This document shows positions 22,643 through 31,692 of a stretch of 64,000 nt of DNA, one piece after another. Where the stretch lies: the sequence record NZ_CP041325.1; one strand, written 5' to 3'. The first letter of the stretch is position 1; each line of letters opens with the position of its first letter. The notes beneath the pieces are model-generated. The model saw nothing but the letters and a program-made list of their open reading frames with translations. It was not told where the DNA came from and did not search any database. The translations under genes were made by a program, and so were the position numbers. The DNA comes from a plasmid.

Positions 22643-23005
22643 TTATTCACAACTGATTCGCAGTCCTTGTTTCTCCAATTCCTTCATTCGCTCATCCTGA
22701 CTCGGAATAACCTCCAGAATATGCAAGACCATGTCGTACAGTTCGCTGTTTTTGTTCAATGAATAGAAAATCCATTGGCCTTTCCGGTTTTCTTTCACCA
22801 ATCCGACATCGCGGAGTTTCCGCAAATGCTGGCTGATGGCTGACTGGCTGATGTTGAAGATGGCCACAAATTCGCAGACGCAGCACTCGTTCTTCTCCAA
22901 GAGCTTCATCATCGCAAGCCGCGTCTTGTCTCCAAGTAATTTAAGGACAATACTGGCTTTCTCGATTTCAATTTCCTTCGCTTTCACTTCCATCTGTTTT
23001 TTCAC
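22643..23005 (-). CDS. arsR: ArsR-family arsenic-responsive repressor
   Basis: HTH with the metal-binding CVCE motif (ECCVCEFVAIFNISQSAISQHLRKL). Confidence 0.8.
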   Translation of the reverse strand: MKKQMEVKAKEIEIEKASIVLKLLGDKTRLAMMKLLEKNECCVCEFVAIFNISQSAISQHLRKLRDVGLVKENRKGQWIFYSLNKNSELYDMVLHILEVIPSQDERMKELEKQGLRISCE

Positions 23006-23164
23006 CTCATTCTACGGGTTGTATCGTTTTTCGATTAAGTAGGATTTCTTTCGTTACCTGTTTGTAATCCAATAACAGCATATCAGCATATACTTATATG
23101 TTCAAGTCTCTATTTGTAATTGTGTTTCATCCTTTCACTGACAATATGATTACGGGAATAAAAA

Positions 23165-23202
23165 AAGAAAGACGGAGGATTAAGCAGCCGTCTTTCTTTT
23201 TG
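23165..23202. terminator. rho-independent terminator downstream of the BASS permease gene (minus-strand orientation)
   Basis: Stem GAAAGACGG / CCGTCTTTC, 12-nt loop; followed by a U-run on the minus strand. Confidence 0.5.
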
Positions 23203-23213
23203 TATATTTACTA

Positions 23214-24164
23214 TTAAGCTGTTTTTCTTTTAAGGAGCAATAGTTGAGATGCGATGGCCAATATAGGCAATTCAATCAGCGGGCCAATGACCAAGGCTAA
23301 CGCAATCAACGGCTGATCCGGAAAAGCGATGACCGCAATGGCCAACGAAACGGGCGAATTGCGGGCGATAATCGTCAGGCTTAAGCTCACCGTATCTTCA
23401 TAGGAAAATTTCAGCGCTTTTCCCACCGATTGCGCCCCGATAAAGTTGATGCCAAAGAACAGCAAAACCGGCAGCAGCAAGATGGAAATGACTTCAAGGT
23501 TGTCGAGCAGGTACTTCCCTTGCGAAGCAAACATCGCCAGGATCGCCAGGGACAAAAAGAAAATCTGTGCCGTAGCGAAAAAAGGCACGAGTTTCTCATT
23601 CAAGAAGGCCCCCCTCTTCCGCAAGGCATAGCGCGTCACATGCGCCAGGGTGAATGGAATGACCAGCACCAGGACAATGCTTTCACCGATGGTCGCCAAC
23701 GGGATCGGTTCAATTGTGCCGGCGAAAATGAATAGGTAGACCGGCAGCAGCACGACCTGCAGAATCAAATTAATCGGCAAAACGGACGTGGACAAGGGGA
23801 CATTCCCTTTGGCAATGGACGTGAACATCAAGTACCAGTCGGTACAAGGCGTCACCATCAGCATGATAAACCCAATCCACAAGGCTGGATGGTCCGCAAG
23901 GAAAACTGCCCCCAGTCCCCATGCCACCAAAGGCGTCCAGACAAAATTGATAAGGATGCTGGCATTCAAGAACTTGCGATTTTTAAAAGCATTTTTCAAG
24001 TGCTGCAAGGGAATGTTGAGAAAGAGTCCATAGAGCATCAGCAACAAAAATGGCACGATGAAAGATCCAGCGTGTTGTTCAAAAAAGGGGATTTGACCGA
24101 ATAAAAGACCAATCCCCACTGCGGTTAAAATAATGACGGTTTGAAATTTCTCGAATGTGTTCAT
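23214..24164 (-). CDS. bile acid:sodium symporter (BASS) family permease, Acr3-related; possibly a metalloid/metal transporter
   Basis: 316-aa, about 9-10 TM; the N-terminus resembles the Acr3/BASS fold. Sits between the ars and mer operons. Confidence 0.5.
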   Translation of the reverse strand: MNTFEKFQTVIILTAVGIGLLFGQIPFFEQHAGSFIVPFLLLMLYGLFLNIPLQHLKNAFKNRKFLNASILINFVWTPLVAWGLGAVFLADHPALWIGFIMLMVTPCTDWYLMFTSIAKGNVPLSTSVLPINLILQVVLLPVYLFIFAGTIEPIPLATIGESIVLVLVIPFTLAHVTRYALRKRGAFLNEKLVPFFATAQIFFLSLAILAMFASQGKYLLDNLEVISILLLPVLLFFGINFIGAQSVGKALKFSYEDTVSLSLTIIARNSPVSLAIAVIAFPDQPLIALALVIGPLIELPILAIASQLLLLKRKTA

Positions 24165-24603
24165 GATGACACTCCTTGTATAATAGAGAGAAAGTGCGCG
24201 CGACCGACTCTTCTCTATTAGGATAACGGAAGTGGCATTCGATTACTTTGTTAATCTTGACTTTGAATCCGAACGGAGGAAAAAATCTTAAAAAGCCATC
24301 AGTGGGAAGCAATTTCCAGCCATGACCATAGCTATCACGGGGAATTCTGTTACGCCCTCTCCACTACCAAAATATACTCTGGCCTTCTAGCCCTTCCCTT
24401 ACCCACAACTCCCAAAATGTAGAAGATTTTTTCCAGGGGAGAAGAGACCGCTGGTTTCCGTTAAGCAAATTGGCCACCAGCACAAGTGCTTCATCGAAGC
24501 GATCGGTGTCAGTGGAATTCCGTCAGTTGCGGCTGCGTCACCTGCCGCAAAAACAAACGGATTATGTGGAGTTTTGGTAAATCTCCAATGAATCTCTCCC
24601 TTT

Positions 24604-26244
24604 TTAACCGGCGCAGCAAGACAGTTGGGAAACATCCTTGTCGAACGTTAGCGCAGCCAGTTTCATCCCTTCCGCCATGGTCAGATACGGCGCGAGGGTT
24701 TCGTTAAGGTTTTCAATCGTCAATCCGAACTTCACAGCAAGTGTTACCGCATAGATAACATCCCCAGCATTTTCCGCTACGATATGCCCGCCCAGCAGCT
24801 GGCGTGTTTTTGCGTCCGCCACCAGTTTGAATACCCCAGTCGTTTCCCGGTTCACTTGCGCTCGCGGAACAGCCTCCAATGGCAGGACGGAAGTAATGAC
24901 GTCATAGCCGTTTTCTTTCGCCTGTTGCTCCGACAAACCAACCGTGGCAACCGCCGGTGCTGTAAACGTTACGCCCGGCACGACGGCTAAATCCAGTTTT
25001 TCACTCCGTCCACCGACCGCATTTCCTGCTGCCACTCGCCCTTGATAAGCCGCCACATAAACAAACTGGGGACCGAGCGTCACATCGCCCGCTGCATAGA
25101 TCCGTTCATTGGTGGTCTTGGCATAGTCATCAATCCGAATTTCCCCAAAGCGCCCTGTTTCAACACCCGCCGCCTGCAGATTCAAGCTTTCCGTATTGGG
25201 CTTTCGGCCAGCTGCAATCAGCAATTGATCGGATTCGATGATCCGCTTCTGGCCATCCACCTCGACATAAACTTTTTTCACCTCTCCGACCTGTTCAATC
25301 CGCTCATAAGAGGCACCGGTCACTAACCGAATGCCTTGCTCGGTCAACGCTTTCGTGAGGGCTTCCGAGATTTCCGGATCATATTCCTTAAACAAACGCG
25401 AACTTCTTTGCATCAGCGTGACTTCGGATCCGAGGTGGTGAAATAGCTGACCCAATTCCACACCAGTATAGCCGGAACCGATGACCGTCAAGCGTTTCGG
25501 CACTTTCTTTAGCTCCAATAAAGCTGTGCTGGTCAAGTAATCCACTTCTTCCAGTCCGGAAATGACTGGCACAGCAGGAGCCGCCCCCGTTGCAATCAGA
25601 AATCGTTTGGCAGATAGCTTCATGCCATCCACTTCAATGGTATGTTCATCTATAAACCTGGCTTCCCCTTTGATCAACTCAAAACCGTAGTCATCAATCA
25701 AATCGACATATTTCTTGTTCCGGAGATCCGTCACCAATTCCTCTTTCTGTTTGACCAGCTGAGCCAAATCCACTTCATCCGCAGAGGTGTGCAGTCCGAT
25801 AAACGGGTTATTCCTGGCCAAGTGATTGATTTCTCCCGCCCGCAACAAGGTTTTGGAAGGAACACAGCCAATGTTCACACAGGTACCGCCTACCGTTCCC
25901 CGTTCAATCATCGCCACTTTTGCCCCATGTTTCACAGCTTCGATGGCGGAAGAAAAGGCAGCTCCCCCCGAACCGATGATGATGTAGTCATACTCACCTT
26001 CTTCATCCGGGTGGGGTGCTTCTGGGGTTTGGACTTCTTCCGCTTCCCCCGGCTGATACTTGGCTTCAGCAATTGCTTTTTTTGCCGTTTCAACTGCCAT
26101 GTCTTCCGGCAGTGCAAACACGGCTTTTCCTTTTAGGAAGTCCGCTTGAATCTCTTTTGCGCCAATTCCGTCGAGCGCGACTGCAATGTGTTCTTCGCAT
26201 CCTGCGCAAGTCATCCCTTGAACATCTATTCGATAATTTTTCAT
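24604..26244 (-). CDS. merA: mercuric reductase MerA with one N-terminal HMA (NmerA) domain
   Basis: GMTCAGC HMA motif, FAD site [10 protein letters not shown], redox-active [14 protein letters not shown]-terminal vicinal Cys (SCCAG). Confidence 0.9.
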   Translation of the reverse strand: MKNYRIDVQGMTCAGCEEHIAVALDGIGAKEIQADFLKGKAVFALPEDMAVETAKKAIAEAKYQPGEAEEVQTPEAPHPDEEGEYDYIIIGSGGAAFSSAIEAVKHGAKVAMIERGTVGGTCVNIGCVPSKTLLRAGEINHLARNNPFIGLHTSADEVDLAQLVKQKEELVTDLRNKKYVDLIDDYGFELIKGEARFIDEHTIEVDGMKLSAKRFLIATGAAPAVPVISGLEEVDYLTSTALLELKKVPKRLTVIGSGYTGVELGQLFHHLGSEVTLMQRSSRLFKEYDPEISEALTKALTEQGIRLVTGASYERIEQVGEVKKVYVEVDGQKRIIESDQLLIAAGRKPNTESLNLQAAGVETGRFGEIRIDDYAKTTNERIYAAGDVTLGPQFVYVAAYQGRVAAGNAVGGRSEKLDLAVVPGVTFTAPAVATVGLSEQQAKENGYDVITSVLPLEAVPRAQVNRETTGVFKLVADAKTRQLLGGHIVAENAGDVIYAVTLAVKFGLTIENLNETLAPYLTMAEGMKLAALTFDKDVSQLSCCAG

Positions 26245-26247
26245 GTT

Positions 26248-26649
26248 CTACTCCTCCTCCATCAATACATCAATTATCGGGCATTCATGCAGTTCTTTTT
26301 CATTTGGACACCGGTCTTTCAACTCGCTCAGCATCCGTTCCGCACGCTTTAGATCCTCAATCTGCTTTCGGACTTCCACTTCTTTTTTGGAAACAAAATC
26401 GAACATATCTTCACAGCGTACATCGTCTTTGTCGACCACCCCTAACAACTTGTAAATCTCATTTAACGAAAATCCCAGTTCCTGCAGTCGCCGGATAAAT
26501 CCTACTCGTTTGACCGTTTCCTCTGAATAAATCCGATACCCCGAATTATTCCGGATCGGTTCTTGTAATAGCTCTTTTCGTTCATAGTATCGAATGGTTT
26601 CCTTATTCACTTCACATAGGGTTGCAAGTTCACTGATTCGATAGCTCAA
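26248..26649 (-). CDS. merR: Hg(II)-responsive MerR-family regulator
   Basis: N-terminal HTH (YRISELATLCEVNKETIRYYE); three conserved Cys (CEDMFD, CPNEKELHEC) at the positions of the MerR Hg-binding cysteines. TTG start. Confidence 0.85.
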   Translation of the reverse strand: MSYRISELATLCEVNKETIRYYERKELLQEPIRNNSGYRIYSEETVKRVGFIRRLQELGFSLNEIYKLLGVVDKDDVRCEDMFDFVSKKEVEVRKQIEDLKRAERMLSELKDRCPNEKELHECPIIDVLMEEE

Positions 26650-26659
26650 TTTTCTTCAC

Positions 26660-26705
26660 CTCTGAAAAGTATAAACCATGTACTTAGGTACATGGTCAAA
26701 CATCT
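26660..26705 (-). promoter_or_regulatory. mer promoter with a MerR operator: TTGACC -(19-20 bp containing the perfect palindrome ACCATGTAC-TTAG-GTACATGGT)- TATACT
   Basis: Palindrome at 26676-26697. On the minus strand the -35 TTGACC and the -10 TATACT/TTATAC flank it with the long spacer typical of MerR promoters. Confidence 0.7.
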
Positions 26706-26785
26706 ACACTTCAATACTTTCTTTCTATATATAAAATTTCAAGTTACTAAAACTAGATTTAAAATAGTCGTTTATTAAAATAAAG

Positions 26786-26813
26786 CGTTCGTAAAAGTAC
26801 ACTTTTACGAACG
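26786..26813. terminator. hairpin terminator (12-bp stem CGTTCGTAAAAG, 4-nt loop) insulating the mer promoter
   Basis: Perfect stem flanked by A-run (plus strand) and T-run (minus strand). Confidence 0.5.
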
Positions 26814-26877
26814 AAAAAAAGTAACGGCGCTACTATCTCTTTAATTTACTGAAGAAAATCTATTGGTTGAAATTAAA

Positions 26878-26906
26878 AGACTCTCCACTTTGGGGAGAGT
26901 CTTTGA
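26878..26906. terminator. hairpin terminator AGACTCTCC-N7-GGAGAGTCT followed by a T-run
   Basis: 9-bp perfect stem, then TTTG. Confidence 0.45.
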
Positions 26907-27119
26907 AATTTCACTTTGCTTTGAGAACTTTATCAATTTCTTGTTCCAATATTTCTAGTTCCTTTACTCTTTCGTTTAACTGCTTCTCAAACTGAATCCC
27001 TACATACATCTTTTTCTTCATCTTTTTTGAGGTGATTGATTTTTTCTTGAATGGTTTTCACGATACTCATAGCAGATAGCTCCTTTTTATTTATTTTTGG
27101 AACTAGATGAAAACTACGT

Positions 27120-27485
27120 TTAATTACCCCAAAAGCGAAGTTTCATTGTCTGCAATACAGCATTGTTGGTTTCATCACCATAACTGAAATCCAAGCTAAC
27201 CTCATTGCCGCTAAACAAACTGAGTCCGACTTCTACTAGTTTTCGGGTAGATCCGGTCAATCCTTCATGTGTGGGGATCAGCTTTTCTTTGTTCTCGCTG
27301 TAGTCCGTCAATAAAGCCAATGGACCTCCTCCCGAATGAATCTCCGCTTTATCTATCAATCTATAGATATCTGGAATACTGGCAATATAAAGGTTCGCCC
27401 GGTATTGAGGGTCCGTCCCCTTTCTTTCGAAAAAGGTGACAAGACTGGAGAAATTGGCTTCGTGTTCATCGTCCATGAAATACAT
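27120..27485 (-). CDS. hypothetical protein (121 aa); a C-terminal fragment of a paralog occurs at 36564-36665
   Basis: Clean ORF. The C-terminal 31 aa are about 60% identical to the translated fragment at 36564..36665 (+). Confidence 0.45.
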   Translation of the reverse strand: MYFMDDEHEANFSSLVTFFERKGTDPQYRANLYIASIPDIYRLIDKAEIHSGGGPLALLTDYSENKEKLIPTHEGLTGSTRKLVEVGLSLFSGNEVSLDFSYGDETNNAVLQTMKLRFWGN

Positions 27486-27831
27486 ATAATTTCCTTTCTG
27501 TATTCAAGGTCACGCAAGTAGCATAGAGAAAAGGGTTTTGTCTTCCAGTAGGTATTCTGGAGGCAAACAAATTTGAATGCGAGCGGGAAACCAGGGGGTT
27601 CCCACTCACTTATTCAAATCCTTCTTTTTGACAGTCTGCTAGCAAGATTCATCACCTAAAACACTCTGCATTATAATCTTTATTATATAGTAAGATGACC
27701 TCCTGTTGACTCTAATAAATTGAGTTAGCTGTTGCTAAAGTTTACGGCTCTTTTTTTATAAAAGTGGCGGGCCTTTTTGTTTTTTTTCATAAAGAGCCGG
27801 TTTTTCGATACGGTATATCCAATTCTGTTTT

Positions 27832-28102
27832 TTACTGATGTAGCTCCTTTTTCCAGTTTTCGAGTTTTAACAAGACCTTCTCCAAATAGGCACAATTGTA
27901 ACGTTGTTGATTTAGCTCTTGAAGAGTCCTGATTTGTATTTTAGTATCTCTTGGGGAATGGGATTTACTTAGTGATTTTTCACATTCTAAGGATTCGATT
28001 TTCAACTTCGTTTCTCGAATGTTCTTCTGTAAAGTTTCTTTTGCTAATAAAAGAATCGTCTTTCTCAATTCATTAGGTGTTTCAAATGTATTTCCCACCA
28101 TA
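27832..28102 (-). CDS. hypothetical protein (about 90 aa, start MVGNTFETPNEL...)
   Basis: Strong RBS AGGAGG 5 nt before ATG 28102. Downstream of radC in the same orientation. Confidence 0.4.
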
Positions 28103-28121
28103 AAACCTCCTGTTTTTGAGT

Positions 28122-28153
28122 AATCAAGCAAGGGGCACGCCCCTTGCTTGATT
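28122..28153. terminator. GC-cored perfect hairpin (14-bp stem AATCAAGCAAGGGG, loop CACG) between radC and the next gene
   Basis: Lies 5 nt after the radC stop and about 15 nt before the RBS of the downstream gene. No strong U-run on the minus strand, so it may be an attenuator or processing site rather than a full terminator. Confidence 0.4.
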
Positions 28154-28158
28154 CAGTT

Positions 28159-28610
28159 TTAGAAATAGCCTTTTTCCTTCAAGGAAATACCCTTTTCATT
28201 TCCCACAATGACGTGGTCGAGCAAATCAATCCCGAGTATCTTTCCGCATTCATCAAGGCGTTTGAAACTTCGATATCCTCCATACTCGGCGCAGGGTCAA
28301 ATGAAGGATGGTTATGAGCTACAATAATGCTTTTTCCGTTATTCAAAATGGCACTTTTGAAGACTTCTCGCGGTGCTACAATGGAAGCGTTAATGGCGCC
28401 GATATGGCATCGATGGACAGCTACCACTTTATTCTTGGTATTCAAGACGAGTACGAGAAACACTTCTCTATCTTCATCACCTATCAACTGGCGTACAGCT
28501 TCCATCACTTTTTTCGGACTGCTGCACGTGACCTCTTTCATGAATTCGTACTTTTCCTCAACCTCTAATACCTCTTGTTTAATTCTGATGACCTCGATTA
28601 ATTTTTCCAT
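28159..28610 (-). CDS. radC: RadC-like JAB/MPN-domain protein (UPF0758); one frameshift near 28250 (missing G)
   Basis: HNHPS metal-binding motif and the C-terminal ...[15 protein letters not shown]... recovered after a -1 shift. Common cargo of Firmicutes conjugative elements. Confidence 0.75.
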
Positions 28611-29362
28611 TTGCCATTTCTCCTTTGAACTTGATTTTTGTTTTTGGTTTCCGAAGCAATTCTCTTCCCAAAGGGGGAAGATTTTTCCCTTTTGGTAAGG
28701 AGAACGGAAGACTCGCATAAAAAAGCCGTCAGTAGAACGTGAAATATCGGAACGCAGTGAGAATATGTCGCGAAAGTCTATTGACGGCTTTTTAAGGCAC
28801 TTCGGCCAAAAACAGTTTGGTGCAGGTTTCCGGACTGTTTATGGCTTAGTGCCTTTGCGGTGTCTTATAGTTCGGATGCCAAAAGGAAAAATCGTATTTC
28901 AAAGGCAAAGCTTGCTTTGCATTCCGTTCGGATCTGATTCTTTTGCTTTTTTCTTTCCCATTGTCGTGGGACCGTGAAGAACGCGACAGGAACCTAGAAG
29001 CTGTTGTCCGTTTGCTGCTTACATATTTTTGTAAGGAGCGAAGGGGTTACAGCTTCTGGTTATCGGCGGGTTTAGGTCACAGCGAGATGCACGAAATTGT
29101 TAGTCAGCGTTTTGGGCTGACTTACAAATTCGTAGCAGACCTTTAGGCAATCCCAGTACGTATTTTGCTTGTGTCATTGACTCACTCTATTTTTGCCTTC
29201 CTGGCTTGCTTGCAAAGCTAGCATAAGAAATTAGGCGAACCTTTCAAGATAAGAAGTAAATGCTCAGCGTACGTAGAAAAAGAAAAAAAGACAACCGATT
29301 CGGCTGCCTTTTTTCTTTCATTTATTATGGGAATTATATCTCTGCGATTGAAGAATCAAAGT

Positions 29363-29701
29363 TTAACGATACAGCTCCACTTTTGCTGGTTTTCTCCGAG
29401 TATGTTTCGTCTTGTTCATATAATTGGTCCGCAGCAGTCGGTGAAGGGGATCTTGTGGTCGGCTTTGGATGGTGTGGGAGACAAAGGCAGTATCAATAGG
29501 AAGTAGTTTCTCGGCTGCCCTTTCTTCATTTATTTGATCCGTCACTTTTTGAATACTGCCGGTATAGGCATATGCTTTAATGATTTGTTGGTGCAGAGTG
29601 GTCGTTTCGTAGGTTTCAGCAAGGTGAACATACTTCTGGAGAAAATCAATCTCTTCTTTTGCACGGCTGATGGTCGGTAAATGTTTCATCACAATCTCCA
29701 A
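29363..29701 (-). CDS. hypothetical protein (112 aa)
   Basis: Clean ORF upstream of ardC-like on the same strand; no recognisable motif. Confidence 0.35.
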   Translation of the reverse strand: MEIVMKHLPTISRAKEEIDFLQKYVHLAETYETTTLHQQIIKAYAYTGSIQKVTDQINEERAAEKLLPIDTAFVSHTIQSRPQDPLHRLLRTNYMNKTKHTRRKPAKVELYR

Positions 29702-29833
29702 TTCTTAAATAAGTTTTCTTTAGTATAGCTGATTCCCATTAAAAGGAATATAAGTGTTTGGAATTTTTCTTTCTTTTAAGAATGGAAAAACAAGAAGTGA
29801 AATGGCCGAAGCCGTCACTCCTTGTTTTTTAGG

Positions 29834-31463
29834 TTATCGTTCCAGTTCTTGTTCTTTATCCTTCGTCTTTTCAGCAACATTCAATTGCTTGAAAGCAGCC
29901 TTCACTTCTTTCGTTTGGGAATGGTCAGGATTCAATCGGTCGATGTGCTGCTGCAGTTCGCCTTTTGTCTGGATCCGTGGATTTTTCACCAATTGCCAGC
30001 CGATGGTGATGCTGTGCTTGTAATCCGCTTTCATGTTCTTTTCCTTCAGAATATGGCCAATGCGTGCGTTCAAATGCTTTGCATTGAGCTGCTGCAGGTG
30101 CTGCGTTTCTTTAACGGCGGTCTTGCTTAGGAAGCGGTCGGTGTTCAATGACTGGGCCAATGCCACTTTCATGATGAATTGCTGGCCTTCCGCTTTCTTA
30201 TGGAAGGTCCGCTGCGTACTCTCCCCGCCTTCAGACGTCACTGCATAAGTTCCATTTTCCAATTTCGTCACCTTCAAGAAATCTTCCGCCTTCTTGTATT
30301 CCTGCACCAGCTGTCCTTTATTCTCCAGAATGTTTAATACCGCATATCGTTCCTGCAGGTCGCTTAAAGGCAAAAATCCGATTAGTATTGGTGCGGAGGA
30401 AGAATTGACTGTCGCGTTCGTTTTGCTCAACTTTGGCAAAGACGACAAGGCCATTTTTAGCATCCAACAGCTGCAGGGTCGGCTGATCAGCTAGGGGAAT
30501 CTGCAATTTCGCCTCCACTTCTTCTTTGATCCGTTCCGGATTGATGGATTGATAAAATTCGTTGATTTTCTCGCTTTGAAGCGAATTAAAGTGCTCAATA
30601 GTCGATTGTGAGATGTCTTGCACTTCTTTGATGGCCTGCTTGGCGAGATTCAGGTCTTGAGCCCACGTGGCGATATAGCCGGTAGAAGAAAGATCCGTAT
30701 CAAAACCGTAATACTGGGAAACGATATAAGCGGCACACTCTGCCTGAGCTTCTTTATGGCCTCTCGGCAAGTCTTTCATATCGTTTTCCTTATGATGCAG
30801 CTGGCTGTGTGCGTACTCATGGATAAGTACCCGGAATTTCTGTTCAGCCGTCTTTGATACGGCGGTATTGATGACGATTTTCTCATCGTTCCGGTTGTAG
30901 TAGCCCCCGTACGACTCGCTTTGGTGCGCTTCTTCCCGGATGACCAAAGAATTGGAAGGATGAGCATTGGTCTGTTCAATAAAGCGGTTGTACAGCTCGG
31001 TCAAGGATTCCGGTGATTTCAACTCTTCTTGAATGAAATCTCTAACATTCGGAATGTCTTTGCCTTCGGTCTGGGAAACATCGAATACTTTCCCCATGAC
31101 AAAACCGCTGATGCTCTGGCGAATCTCCGATTGCGGATCGCCGTTTTCGTCTTTCAGTATTTCACCGGTCTGTTCATTGATTTTCTGAACTTCGACTTTC
31201 TTGAACGATGGAACCAGGATGTCGATGCCCTTCTCCCCTTTATTGACTTGTCTCCCCAGTGCTTGCCACTGTTTGAATCCGCGGACCATGGTCGCTTCAG
31301 GTCGTTGCATGGCAATCAAGAGAGCATTATTGAAGGAATATTGATGGCCGCTTGCCATCACATTCAGCATGTCCTGGAACCGGTTGTTTCGGAACAGCTC
31401 CTCCAGATTCTTCTCCAGTCGGGCATTGATTTCTGTCAGATCCAGCTTAGTCGACATAGTCAA
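29834..31463 (-). CDS. ardC: ArdC-like antirestriction protein: N-terminal ssDNA-binding (DUF1738-like) domain plus C-terminal zincin metallopeptidase (HEYAHS); one frameshift near 30400
   Basis: N-terminus ...LEKNLEELFRNNRFQDMLNVMASGHQYSFNNALLI...; HExxH motif VLIHEYAHSQLHH. The two ORFs are contiguous. Confidence 0.65.
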
Positions 31464-31671
31464 TCACATCCTTTCTGATGTACCAGGCCTCATAAAGGGG
31501 TTCAGGTTGCCCGTTGATTCGGACCGGTGTGTAACAGGTGATGGTGTAGTCCCGGATATCTTCTTCCAGGTCCAGGATTCCTTCGTATGTAAGTGCCTCA
31601 AACGGCACCGGATCATAAAAACTCAAGATCCGTTTATCACTTGCGATGATGTCGCTGATGGTCACAAGCAT
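31447..31671 (-). CDS. hypothetical small protein (74 aa) between the T4CP and ardC
   Basis: RBS AAAGGGGAG before ATG 31671; overlaps the ardC start by 17 nt (operon-like). Confidence 0.45.
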   Translation of the reverse strand: MLVTISDIIASDKRILSFYDPVPFEALTYEGILDLEEDIRDYTITCYTPVRINGQPEPLYEAWYIRKDVIDYVD

Positions 31672-31692
31672 CCGTGCTTCTCCCCTTTCTGC

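Noticed and set aside
28765-29146. Two 67-70-aa plus-strand ORFs in the 28.6-29.4 kb gap
   Set aside because: No RBS and opposite orientation to all neighbouring genes. The region is better explained as structured noncoding DNA (see finding).
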